From the NCBI GenBank assembly GCA_025201805.1, contig MU619340.1:6926-67679 (forward strand): a stretch of DNA of 60,754 nucleotides, written 5' to 3'. The DNA is from Parasitella parasitica NRRL 2501. Taxonomy: Eukaryota > Fungi > Mucoromycota. A program made the position numbers and the translations under genes. Under the pieces are notes generated by a model, which did no database searches, had not been told where the DNA came from, and saw only the letters and a list, made by a program, of their open reading frames with translations. Shown one piece after another: positions 1-13,201 of this stretch; position 1 is the first letter of the stretch, and every line of letters begins with the position of its first letter.

Positions 1-783
1 TTTTTGCTCTCGAATGAACATTAGTATGATCGTGCGAGCATAATAAACTTTTTTTACTCAAAACAGATGCGATCTTTGCAATGTCTCAACAAATATTTGG
101 TAGCAAATGTTACTACAAGCACAAAAAAAATCGAAATGTCTCAGGAATTATATTATATAATTAAAAAATGAGCCATCTCAACTTTTTTTACATTTGGGCC
201 AAAATTATTTATGGTCTCGGAAGCACATTAATGCTCTCATGACCCTAAAAATGTTCACATTTGAGCACATTTATGTTCACCGAGAACATCCAGGACGCCA
301 TAGTGATATGGTGACTTATTTAGATTACTAATTGACAAGACTAATTCACAGTGACAATCTACTTTGTTATGCGCAGAGGATATATAATATGATCTGCTCA
401 AAAATGTATAACTCTATAAAAATAAAATCAGACACAAAAACTAATGACTTTATTGATAAGAAAATGCCATCTTTTTATACTAGATTATATCTATTGTAAC
501 ACTATTTGTCATCATGGTTAAACATTGAACTTGGTATGTAATACCAAGTTTATTACATGTTCTACTGTACATTAATAGCCTATTCCTTGTCATTGTATAC
601 AAAGAATTACCAATCTAATAATTGCTTAATCTCATGCCTTTCAGGCACAACATACTTGACAGGGTACGATATGAGGTTATACAGCAAGGGCTACACGTCT
701 TTGATCTGACAATGTTTTGACCTTTATCCTGGTGCTCAGATCTGTGTTACTTACAGGAATAACCTTCTTGATTTGAAACAGAG

Positions 784-1243
784 TGTCATGAACCTGTCGA
801 GCCTTCAAGCCCAAACAATTATACATCTTGATCTAAAAATATATATCACCTCGTTCTTCCCTAATCATTCCACATTGCATTCTTGCCTCTCTGATTGACA
901 CTGTCATTCTTGCCTTACTCATCCACATTATACTATTGACTTATTGATCCACGATATCCTATTTACCTAATTGATTCACGTTATAGTAAATAGTCTAGTT
1001 CACATTTCAGTGAACTAGACAGCTCGCAAAAAGTATAAATAGAGGCCATTTTGACCAGCAAAGAAAAGTTTCCTTCGTCAGATCTCCTCATCGAATTCCC
1101 TTATTAAATATCCCTAGCAATCTTTTTATCTTTCTCCACCTTTCCTTTATTAAATCATAGCCTCCTTATTTGAAATAAACTTCTGCATATCTCCTCTTAG
1201 TACTCTGTCCCTGATTATCTAATAAGGCCGTAGATCCCTGATA
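784..1243 (+). mobile_element. Solo LTR, family A (shorter copy)
   Basis: Starts TGTCATGAAC and ends CCCTGATA. Contains TATAAATAGAGG and AATAAA. Flanked by cagag/cagaa (4/5 TSD). Highly similar in inverted orientation to both ends of 2511-3563. Confidence 0.75.
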
Positions 1244-1647
1244 CAGAAACTTTATTCTCCAATTTACACAAGCGTATCTCATCACATCATTGGACAATCT
1301 TCAATCTTCAATTGAAGTACAGTGCCATGATCTCCTGTCTATAATTATGGCAGATCAAAAACTTAAGGAACTATTGTACGACCTTATTTTTTTTCTGAAG
1401 TCTTTCGACAGAGCATCATTTCAACAAAGCAAGTTAGAAATCTCTGGTGAAGTTGCTTTCCATGGTCTTAAAATAATTTCGCCCGAGTTGCAACATAAAT
1501 GAAATAAGGGAGAAGAAACAGACGATTTTCCAACTCTTTTGTTAACCCAAATTAGAGCGTCGCAATGGGTACATGAATGCTCCATTAGACCTTGTGATCA
1601 TCTCTGCAATGAAATGGTATAACTAAAAGCAAGTAACTAAAAAAAAT

Positions 1648-2240
1648 AAGACTCAAATGTCACGCATAGTCAATTCATGCCATTCGAGTTCGCATAACAT
1701 ATTAAGTCTTATAAATCAAATCGAATTACAAATACAATTTAAGACTTTATCAATGAATGTCGTGTGAAGAAAAACACTCCTGATCAAAGTGCTTTCCCTT
1801 ACACAATAGACATTCAGAATAAGAATAATAATGACAAAGATATCAATTATGGCAGCTCGTCATTCAATGAGTTTTTCCCATCATTCTAGATAAAGATATC
1901 TTTAACAGAATAACTAAAGTATGACGATAGCCATCCTAACACGGCCAACCAATGTTACGCAAATCTCCATCAATGGTGAAAGCATTCAGCATCATTTGCT
2001 TCTCCTTAAAACCTAAAATTAAACAACAACAAATTAACGCATTGACTCTAGGATCAATGCTTCATTCATGAGAACTGATATACAACAATTCAAATCCTAT
2101 AAATACTAAGATGTTTTTCTCTAGATAAAACCTCAGTATACTTTATAATAAAGAACCCCAAACTTGATTATAATTGTAATTTCATATCGCTTTTATTTTT
2201 TTATTTTTTTTTATTTCGTAAATCTTTCAAATTTACTGCA
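1648..2240. repeat. Dispersed repeat C, copy 1 (degenerate TE-derived)
   Basis: Aligns in direct orientation with 4966-5776, e.g. GACTTTATCAATGAATGTCGTGTGAAG and ATAATAAAGAACCCCAAACTTGATTATAATTG are shared; both end at AATTTACTGCA. Confidence 0.85.
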
Positions 2241-3583
2241 ATCTCGAACAGATGGCACTGCATCAGGGTTCTTCGCGATGTTCAACGTTGATTTTAATGT
2301 GCTGCCATTGCTTGCATACGCGAAATTAAGTCTGCATTGCCTAGATAATTGTCGGAGATGCCCTGTCTCATTGCACGAAGCACATCGCGATTCATGAGCT
2401 TCTTCCATTATGACATCTACACTTGTTGTGTCGTTGTTTGGGTTAAGCCTGCAAAGGCGTGAAGATCGACGTGAATATTCTGGTTAATTACACGAGGCAC
2501 AAAATGCATCTATCAGGGATCTACGGCCTTATTAGATAATCAGGGACAGAGTACTAAGAGAAGATATGCAGAATTTTATTTCCAACAAGGAGGCTATGAT
2601 TTAATAAGGGAAAGGTGGAGAACGATAAGAAGATTGCTAGGAATATTTAATAAGGGAATTCGATGAGGAGATCTGACGAAGAAAACTCTTCTTTGCTGGT
2701 CAAAATGGCCTCTATTTATACTTTTTTCCGAGCTGTCTAGTTCACTGAAATGTGAAATAGACTATTTACTATAATCCGGATCAATTAGGTAAATAGGATA
2801 TCGTGGATCAATAAGTCAATAGTGAAGTGAACAAGACTAGATTCCCATCATTAAATATTGTCATCTTCCCAACAATAGAAGCTATGACTACAAAGATAAA
2901 CAAATATAGCAGGGATAGAAATTGACATATGTCAAAATAGCATGTTGTGCCACAAACTAAAGCCTGAAAAGGAACAATTCATCAAACAATGAAAGTTTCC
3001 TAATCGCATGAATAAGGATTATGTTTCAAATGCCGTCCTTGATCCATCGTTAGATCAACAACGTCAATAAACAACTCAATAATATTCACACTCACATAAG
3101 ATTAGAATAGCTACGATAGAATTATCCTATTGACCTGATGAATGACCATCTCTAATCAACCCAAGTAGTATGATAGTATACTACTAAGCCAGAACGGCTG
3201 ATTAGAATTCACAACACAACATATAAAGAATAATGGAACCGTTAAGAAATAACGAAACAATTGTCTGCTAGTAAGACGACACCCGAATAAAATAAATAGA
3301 GATGTAAAAATAACAGCTTATTGCACATTCAATCTACTTTCAGAATAAAGAAGGATTTTAATCGTATCTTGCTTTTTTTACACATTTTTTACTGTGTTTC
3401 GCTGCAAATAGTATAATGATGTGGATGAGTAAGGCAAGAATGAAAGCGAGAATCAGTGAGGCAAGAATGCAATGAGGATCGATTAGGGAAGAACGAGGTG
3501 ATATATATTTTTAGATCAAGATGTATAATTGTTTGGGCTTGAAGGCTCGACAGGTTCATGTCAACATCATTGGTTTCACTCAT
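2241..3583 (-). pseudogene. 5' fragment of a Helitron-like ORF with tandem zinc knuckles, split by a solo LTR
   Basis: Removing 2511-3563 plus one TSD copy restores one frame: MSETNDAFCASCN*PEYSRRSSRLCRLNPNN...RCASCNETGHLRQLSRQCRLN...LNIAKNPDAVPSVRD. The CxxC..GH...C repeats resemble, from memory, N-termini of Mucorales Helitron ORFs. Confidence 0.55.
2511..3563 (-). mobile_element. Solo LTR, family A (~1.05 kb)
   Basis: On the minus strand it starts TGACATGAAC and ends CCCTGATA. TSD gcatc (2506-2510) / acatc (3564-3568). Ends match 784-938 and 932-1243. Excision restores an ORF. Confidence 0.8.
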
Positions 3584-4421
3584 TACGATTGAAATTACAA
3601 AATCTAAGAAAGTTTAACTGCTTTAGGACTGTTTTTTACGATTTGTATCATTTTAATATAAGTAATTGAACCTCTTGCAAGGGTCTAGGCTTATTCAAAG
3701 AATACATCTAGATCAGATCGCGGGATGTCGGGAAGACATCTACCTAATCTTCTCTTTAATGTACAATAGAAAGATAGGTCTGTCCTGGAAATACTGTGAT
3801 TTAATAAGGTTTGACACTTCTTGTCAAACATCAGATGTTATGTGGATAAACATTGATTGGAATTTATTTAGTATAAATAAAAGTCATATCTTACGGCAAT
3901 AAAAGTCTTCAGGTTTGTATCTGGTTTTATTCAGAAAAGTCTTTATACATAACATTACGCTGCACCCTTTGAAACTGGCACAACAATATAAACTTTAATA
4001 AACATTTCAGTTACCTAAAGGTATATTCATAATGATCTTGCTTATAAACAAGTCCATAAATTGTTTATATATTCAATACACCAATTAATGTTAGTTGTAG
4101 TTGTCAATTCCTATCTTAATCAACATCTAATTTCAAACTTTCAATCAGATTAATTGGTCAATCATACATCACATCATCATGGTATAATTCCTTATTTTTA
4201 GATTCAATAATACGTAGTATAAATATTAATGGTTTATTCATAGCCATGAGAAGTTCCTTATGCATAAAATAAAACAATATCTAAAAGTATTTTTCTCGTG
4301 TTTCTTCTGATTTTGACAATTACATGTTCATTTTTAGCAGCATTTGTTTAGAAAATACACAGGAGAGCTATAAGCACATGCTTAAATTTCAAACTTGGAC
4401 ACAAAAAAACAGAGAAACGTT

Positions 4422-4896
4422 TGATAGAGACATTGCCCAGTGGAGACCAAGTTATGCTCATATAGCGATAATTATGCCTGATTTGATGGCGCATAAGACA
4501 GGCTTTGATTTGCTCTTTGTGGAATCGTTTGATGGATTATAATATGCAATTCTGATATGTAAATTTGTGATATCATCTGGTAAATTTACAGATGTCAATA
4601 AAAACATGGAAGCCAATGTTGTTGTCAGATAGTAACAAGTCAATGCTAAGTTTTCCAAGTTAGAACTCGGTTCTACTGTCATTTTAGCAAAAGTTATGAG
4701 CAAATATCTGATATTTACGATAAATATTGAAAAATAAAAATGTTTTTGCAGATAACTTGTGATAGAGACATTGCCCAGTGGAGACCAAGATATGCTCATA
4801 TAGCGATAATTATATGCCTAATTTGATGGCGCATGAGACAGGCTTTGACTTTCTCTTTGTGGAATCGTATGATGGATTATATGCAATTTTTATATG
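4422..4896. repeat. Two ~137-bp direct repeats (4422-4559, 4760-4896), TE-derived
   Basis: TGATAGAGACATTGCCCAGTGGAGACCAAG...GGAATCGT.TGATGGATTAT repeated 338 bp apart; a diverged third copy lies at ~50883-51030. Confidence 0.85.
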
Positions 4897-4965
4897 GGTT
4901 TTCTGCTGATAACTTAATAAATATTGGGATGGACAGGCATAGCTAAAAGCGTATGACTCGGAAAT

Positions 4966-5776
4966 TAAGATTCAAATTTCTCGCATAGTTAACCCATGCG
5001 AATCAAAACACATTACAAATATAATGTAAGACTTTATCAATGAATGTCGTGTGAAGGAAAACACTCTTAATCAAACTGCTTTTCCTGACACCACAGAATT
5101 CATAATAAAAATAAATAATGATGGCAAAGATACAATTGTGGCAGGTCATCATTTAATGAGTTTTTCACATTGATGTATCAATTCTAAAACCGGATGTCAA
5201 TATAATATAACTCATACTGCAGAGTAAGACATCAGATCATAATATAATGTGACATATCATTTGGGATAGATACAATCTACCCTATCTCCCGGATTTCATC
5301 ACTAAAATCTTTATCCTCCCATCGCTTCCTTCAGTTCATAGAAAGTATATAAACTCTCCATTTTGAATGTAATAAACGGATCTTTACCTGATTAATTTCT
5401 ATTTAACTTCTCTGATAAATTACCCATTATCCTGGATAAGGATATCTTTCGCACAATAACTAAAATAAAGCGATAGCCATCCTCACACGGCCAACTAATG
5501 TTACGCAGATCTCTATCCATGGTGAAAGCATTTCACCGTAATTTGCTTCTTCTTGAAACCTAAATTAAACAATGACAAATTAACGCATTGACTCTCGGAT
5601 CAGTGCTCCATTCATGAGAACTGATATGCGACAATTCAAATCCTATAAAAATACTAAGATGTAAACCTCAGTATACTTTTATAATAAAGAACCCCAAACT
5701 TGATTATAATTGCAATATTTACAACGCTTTTTTTTATTTTTTATTTTATTGCCGTAAATCTTTCAAATTTACTGCA
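4966..5776. repeat. Dispersed repeat C, copy 2 (contains a solo LTR insertion)
   Basis: Direct repeat of 1648-2240 with an extra 252 bp at 5171-5422. Confidence 0.85.
5171..5422 (+). mobile_element. Solo LTR, family B (252 bp)
   Basis: Ends TGATGTATCA / TGATAAATTA (8/10 inverted). TATATAAA and AATAAA inside. TSD cacat/cccat. The paralogous repeat at ~1877 has a single cccat (empty site). Confidence 0.75.
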
Positions 5777-6674
5777 GTGCTAGAGTATCACCCAGATGTA
5801 AATTTATCCATATTTTGCTCTTTATCGAAGCCTAGTAATCTTTATATCCAATACAAATTATTGGTAACTTTATCGATATTAATTTTTTCATTGATAAAAA
5901 TGTTCTTATTAATAGCGCTGATTCTTCGTTATGTCTTGCAGGTTCGATCATCTCGATTTTACCAAGTCTTATTTATTAGCAGTGGGTATGACGAAATGTC
6001 TGCTGATTATGAAAATAATAGCAGTTTTTGCGCAGCGTAACTTTAGATAGACATTCATCTTATTTATAATTACTGTCATTTAACTGACTGTCCAGCGACA
6101 GCCGTACAGACATTTTCTTCACTATCCTACAAAAAGTGAAAAACTCTAGACGCTCTTATATATATGCACTTTAGAATATTACTACTAGAGATTACCATAA
6201 GGGCGGCTATTATTTGCATATGATAAATACCAGTATATTGAGAATTTTGAATGAAGGCGTAAAAAAAAGGAGTAGATAAAAAACATAAGAGAATAATGGA
6301 GTGTTACTGAGCTATGGCGAGATGGGAGATTAGAATTTTGATGAAAGATATATCCCAACTAAAGGTTAATTACTGTTTGTGCCATCAGGATTACAATTCA
6401 CATTACCCCTAAAAAAAAAACTTTTCATCATGCATGCACCACTACTTCTGACTTTCTGACTACAATACCCACCAAAGAGTGCCTGGCTCCTTTGTTACAA
6501 GGCAATGCGTACCTTTTGACAATCTACTCTTTTTTTTTTAAACAGTCACCGCAATATGGGCTTTTCGTGAACCAAAAAAAAAAAAAAAAAAAAAAAAATA
6601 CATATACACATACGCGTGAATACGCTCATCAACTTTTCTCGTCTTGATATATTTTATTAGCTTGAATCAATATC

Positions 6675-9600
6675 ATGTCGTCCACATTTAGTATCCCTAC
6701 TTGGACGAAGGAAAACTGTACTCTTCATGATGCAATATGCCATGCACGAGTGGCAAAAGAATCAGCTGATAGTCTCAGGCAATTACTTCATTCCAACAAA
6801 GAAAAATTCTTGGTGCTTCTTGATAATGAAGGTAAAAACCATGCTCATCAATCTACATTGAATTCCAGTATGTATCTATCGCCCAGAAGGTTGTATTCCG
6901 TACTCATGATCATGTTCCAGATAGAGCATACATCAATGGAAGCGCACATAATGTCAGCAAAGAGTTCGTTTCAAAGACACTATTTTTATCAAACCAACTC
7001 GACATTAATGAATATGTCGCAGCAACTTTGTTAATGCGTGCAACCTCCGAATTCTCTCGTGCAAACAGCAATTCAATCGACACAGCAGTTCTTTTATTTC
7101 ATAGCGAGCGTGGATATCTGTTAGCATGTCTTGATGTCATCCTTAAATCTGCCAAAGATGGATCGATCAGTGAAGAAGTTAGATCAGTGTGCAATGAGTT
7201 CGTAACCGATCTAGTTCAAGAAAAATTAGACAATGGAGAGTCCTATGTTTCAAAGCTCTTATCAACATTGGACCATCTTACCAAGGTCATTAATTCGATT
7301 ATAAACACCGGAACGGCAGTAGGCCAAGTGCCTGAACCTGGAAGTGGAAAACTGGGCGATGACATTTCCGAATTGCGAATCGAAAGACTGGGAGACGAAC
7401 GTGTATATATTGTACAAATCATTTACCACATCACATCACTTTTTAATATCGATACACAAGATAAACTGACTATGCTCGAAATGCTGGAGGACGCCAAGCT
7501 AGATGATCCAGCTACATCTTACATGATTGTTGCCATGTTATCTGCATTATCTAACGATAGTTCATCCGATGAAATGTCAATCGGCACATCAACTTTGGAT
7601 TTTATCAACAAATTTCATCATCGCATCATGACGCATGGATCCAAAGTCCCGGTAATTAAAGCTGTCGTCGTTCTTCAGTGGGTCTTGTACTTATCTGATC
7701 CAGCTCGCATCAATGAAGCTACTGGCGAAGGTGTACGAAGTCAGGAAATTATTCAAGAATTGTTAGACTTCTCAATTGCCACAGACGTATTCAGATTCAT
7801 GGATGAGTACTTGCTATACTTTCAACAACCCAATGCAAAGATTTGCTTGGAGCATAAGCCTATCAAAGAGGATGATTCGCAAGGCACAACCAAAACAATT
7901 GACATATCGGATTACCACAATTTTAGCGCTGATATCCGCAGTGAATTTCAACCATTTGTCATTTACGAGCTCGAGAAAGTAGGCATATTAACGATTTCAA
8001 CAGTATTCAGCACTCTGCAAAAGTTGAAATACAAGGAGGAGGATACAAATATTCCAGTCCAAACACCACTCTCAGCGGGCAATGCTCTACTCGGTGCCGA
8101 AGATAACTCTTATCAATGTCATGATTTAGAATATTTTCTAACATTTTTGGCAAGTGTATTTCGCAACCGAGTAAATAACGGTGTTGTGTTTTGGAACCGT
8201 GAACAAGGCGGCTTGCATTACTTTATACGTTGGCTACTTGATATCAAAGTGACGACCACAGTGCGTGCTGCGTTCGATTTCTTTGCTTCCATTACCGCAG
8301 GCGATGCTTGTGCTTCCAACATGTACCACTTTTTCAAGGCCGATATGGAACCTCAACTTGCGTCTAGTGCGTTATTTTCTTGGGGAAAGCCTCTTGCTGC
8401 TTTGGAGTTCTATACTAATCATTTGAGGGATGCAACAGAAGAGCCCCCTTCCAATCTTCCCGAAGTCGAAGAGCAGCTGATCATCACATTCTTGGGCTTG
8501 CTACAACAGTGCGTTCAATACTCCCAAGATGCTCGTGTTACTTTTTGGTTTGATCAATCCATTGGCGCGAAGAATATCCTCATTAACATAATCAGCTGCC
8601 CTACATCCACTCGTCTTCGCGCTGCTTTGTTTGACGTATTAGCTGCGTTCTGCTCCTCTTGGGGAGGTGGTATTAACGGTGTAGGCAAAAAGATCTCAAA
8701 TCAAATGTGGTACATTCTAGAGGAGAGTGACATGTTTCTTCCCAAGCTCAAAGTGAACCAGGAGCGCACGCAAAGTGTCCGCCAGCCTGCCGGAGTGCTA
8801 CGAGAATTGGAAGCTGAGAAGCATAGTCGAGTTTTTATGGAGACACTCGCCGCCACTAGGCTGATTGGCTCTGCTATTCACACACAAAGTAGACGAGAGG
8901 CTTTGATTTCTGGTTTCCGAAAGGCCTCCTCCAGCATACCTCTTGATCTAGGTAAAGGTGGCAAAAATCCAGGCTCGTCACCCTTTATCTCTCTTGTGGT
9001 TGACGACATTTTTCCGTCTCTTGCTACGCACAAGTACAATTTTGCAAATGCTCGTTGGGAATTAACCGAGGCCTGTCTAATTGTTATGGAGAATAGCATT
9101 GCATCATTGGACATTTCACAACTTGAAAATGAGCAAGTGAGAGAATCTTTGGATAAGGAATTGAAGGTTTCAACAACAAATGCATTCGTTGAAAACATGC
9201 TTTTGGACTTTTTCATTCATCCTGGCTTTCAAGTGATGGTTCGTATACTCTCTGGTGGTCGTATCGTGGATGAGCTGTTTTCGGTGATAGAGGAATGTGC
9301 ACAGAAGGGAACCAAAGCAGAGCCGATGCGCCACGTCAAGCAGTGTTTGGTTAGATCACTACGTATTATTCTTCAAGTGCTGAAAATGCAATATACTTTC
9401 TGTAATATCCTTATGCTTTACATCTCTGCGTTTGCTAAAAAGAAAGGCTCTTCTGAATTCCAACTCGGTACGCACACATTTGCTCACTTGCCATCGGTTG
9501 TTTCTATGGGCCAGCTCATCCTATTTAACTCTCCAATCTTGAACCGCATTAGCTTACTCGTAAATTTTGAAGACCAAGAAGAAATCTGCTTCCTTAGCAC

Positions 9601-12467
9601 AAAGATACTGCACCTTCTCTCGGTTGATCCTAAAGATGCAAATCTGTTTTCTGACACTGCACTTGTTCAGTCTTCCACATCGACGCATATTTCTGGCCTG
9701 GGTCAAAGTATCACCAATATGCTGGGCTCAAGCAACAACGCGGATACTGTTATATTTGGTGTAAGTGAGAGACTAAGCATTAGCGTCCCGGAAGTTACCA
9801 CAGCCGATGATTATGAATATGATATCAACAACATTCCTTTTTGGCTTGCTGCTGAGACTCTGGAAAACACTTTTAACTACCCAAGTGACTTTAAGCCTCG
9901 CCTCGATACATCTGTCCGTCTTGCTATCTTGGATTTGCTCCTTGAAAATACCCAACAATCATACTCACCCACTCTTGCCGAGTTCTTACTAGGCTATGAT
10001 GTAAATGGCGACAACCTAACTAAACTGCAGGACACAGACAGCAATCAGTCCACTCTGATTTGTCTTCATGCTATATTGGATATGCTTAGACAAGGCATTG
10101 ATAATGATGCCGTTACAGATGATCCAATGATGGAAGACACTGCCGAACCCGCACAATTATTGATCGAAACGCACCCAATTCTTGCCGATAAATGCTACGA
10201 ACTTGTGTACAAGCTCTGCTCCATAAAGTCTCTCTCAACATCCACTTTACGCTACCTGCGTAACCGTGAAAACTTTTGCTACAAACAGTTCAACAGCATG
10301 TCATCCCGTCTTGAGCACAACATCCAAATGGAATCAGCGTCTTTCTCTGGCATGATGGTTTGTGCTGATGGCTCTATATACAAAACCGATTTCTTCAAAT
10401 TGCGATCAAAGTTGCGCCAAAGAGCTTGGTTACTGCAAACTATTGCCCTCGAATTACACACAACAGTTGGGATGCAGCAGAAAAACGAGGCTAGTAAATT
10501 GCTGGAATTGCTATATGGACGTCATACTATCATTTCTCAGGATGACATGGATACTGCAGAGCAATCGTACGAATCTGGCTTTTCCTCCTCTCGCACCAAG
10601 TATGAACAGCCTTTGGTCAAAATGCTTGAGCTTGTCAGTTCGTTAAATTTCACTTGGGTGGATAGTTTACTCAATGGTTTGCAATCACTTGAGCTTAAAT
10701 ACTTTCAACAAATTGATCCAGCCTTTTTCCAAATCCGAGGCAGCCATGGATGCACCTTGTATAATGTCCCAGCTATGTACAAGAAGCTACGTGAGGTCCA
10801 GGAAAGCCTCTACGCAGAAAGCCTAGAGCATGCTGAAATTGAAAAAGAAATGGGACAAATCCTGTCTTGGGCAATGGCTCAAAACCATGACAGAGAAATC
10901 GCTCATGGGAAGCTTCAATGCTTGGATGCTTGGAAAGAAATTATCATTATCACGCTTGTCGAATGCTTTGATATCCTTGAGACATCTTCTCGCCAAGCAA
11001 TTATATATGAACTTCTGGCCTTGCTACTTCCGACTATTTCGCAAACAAAGAGCCACAGCAATAGTATGCTCAAGAGTATGAACGCTGTCATCTTGACACT
11101 GGTGGACAGTCTTCGTGGAACTAAGGAGGCATCTGCAATTTCACAACAACTTCCAGTAGATAAGCTTGGCTCAATTTTTATGGGCATTGTGAACTGCATT
11201 TGTGGGGATGACACTGATATTATCGTGCGTGGTGATATGTATTCCGCGCTAACCAGCTTTTTATTGTACCTCAAGGAGCATAACACAGAGGAAGTGATCA
11301 AGCAAGTGGAACGGTTTATCGTGGAAAAAATATCAGCAAAAGAATCTACACTCTTGAACATTATCAGCAGCGATGCTATCAACGGCTTGGACATTTGGAA
11401 GACAACAGCCTATATTGCCCTTGACTCTTTAAATACCACTGTTATTAATGTTGGCAGCACAGCAGTGCAGCAGTTCTTGGTCAGAAAGAATTTCTTACAA
11501 TTCACCATCGAAATGATACGATCGGATGATGCTGCTTTATCTAACTTGCTTGAACAGCTAGACGGTAAAGCGTAAACATATTACATAATTTGCGTATAAC
11601 ACTAACTATAGAAACTAGCTCCCTTACTTCCTCTTTACATCTTTGAAGCAAAAATGTCTATTCTTCTTCGTTTTGCCATGAACCCCAGTGGGGCAGAGCT
11701 TTTATGCAACAATCGTATTTTTGAAATTCTCGGGCAATGTCAATTTATGAAGGCGCAAATCCAAAACCCTACATTAACTGAAATGAATCTGGAGTCTTCC
11801 ATGGAGCTGGTTGAGCGTCGTCAGCAGTTGGTTATGCCCACTCTTCAAGTGATCGTATCAATTCTATGTTGTTTTGGAGGAAAGAATGATACCGTGCTGG
11901 CAAAGGTAGGATGCCATTTTTTTTTTTTTTTTTTTTTTTTTGGTCATGCGTAAATAATACATCTCATGCTAGGCTGAGAATTGGGCTCGAAAGCAACAAT
12001 TGGCATTAGTTGATTTACTCAAATACGAAAGACGTCCAATCACATTGACTTTACTGCAGCAATTGAAGCTTGTTACCACAATTGTATATTTCATGAGTTG
12101 CCGTACTGGATATACAACAAATTTCGTAAGTGATAATACACTATAATCGTGAATCTTCACCTACTAATTTGTATACTTTTAATAAAAACAGACGAAACGA
12201 GGTATCAATCAATTGAATAGTGCAATCACCCAACTTGAAATCACCGAAGATTTAGCAAGCAGCGTTATATCTACTAATGACCAAGAAAGAATATGGGACA
12301 AGACTTTAAATACCTGTGAGTTTTAATATCAATGCGCCCTGTCAGACGATCAACTAATTTTAATTGTAGCCACGCCAAATGTAACCATATTGCAAACCAA
12401 AGCAACCAACCTTATTAAACTAATCAAGAGAAATGCTGATGTATATAAAGCAATATGGATAAAATAA
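6675..12467 (+). CDS. NUP192: Nucleoporin Nup192/Nup205 family
   Basis: Exons 6675-6867, 6921-11564, 11619-11905, 11973-12125, 12192-12315, 12370-12467, all GT-AG and in phase. Large helical protein with the LSNQLDINE, FHSERGYLL, SWGKPL and HPGFQVM..ILSG motifs typical of Nup192/205. Confidence 0.88.
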
Positions 12468-12760
12468 TTTGCATGCATTAAAGATGATTTTTGCTATAAT
12501 CCAATTGATTTGATAATCAAAATACATTTTTGGCCCTCAAAAGAGGATCAAGTTCAAATTTAAAGGTTGTATTGCAATCCCCAAAAATAGAAATGGGCGA
12601 AAATGGTTTTTCGATTTGGCTAATTTCATAACAGAGTTAGACTCGTCCACACTAATGTAAATGTTGACTATTAGCAATATGAAAGACGATATCTTAAAAA
12701 AAAAAAATAAAGATACTGCGATAGATCCAAACATGATAGCTTACCAAACATGCAAATAAT

Positions 12761-12762
<2 letters not shown>

Positions 12763-12794
<32 letters not shown>
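12763..12794. repeat. (AT)n microsatellite
   Basis: ~16 AT units read directly. Confidence 0.9.
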
Positions 12795-12798
<4 letters not shown>

Positions 12799-13201
12799 TT
12801 ATACTCTATATTACTAAATAATTGATAACAGAATCCATCACCGAGTGAATATCACACTTCAAAATAACAACTGTGCTTTTTTCGCTACAATTTCCCATTG
12901 GATTAAATCCCAAGACCGTGTTAAATGGCTTACCAGACCTCATAGTTTCTATCTGGCTCAAATAATAGGTAACGAAAAGATACTCTTCGATATGAAAATA
13001 GCAAACAAGATAAATGTTTCAGTGATAATGAGGAAGATTGAGACTTGTTCATGTTGTGTCGTTGTTGTGTCGTTGTCGTTGTTGATGTTGATGTTGATGT
13101 GGGCGATATTAAATAACCGCTTCTTTTTAGGTAAGAGTCTACAACCAGTTTTTACTCTATTTCTTTTTTGTTTCACTGTATCTTAGTTTACTCAACAAAT
13201 C

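Noticed and set aside
784-3563. DIRS-like element with inverted terminal repeats
   Set aside because: Each arm has its own 5-bp TSD and there is no RT or tyrosine recombinase between them; two independent solo LTRs fit better.
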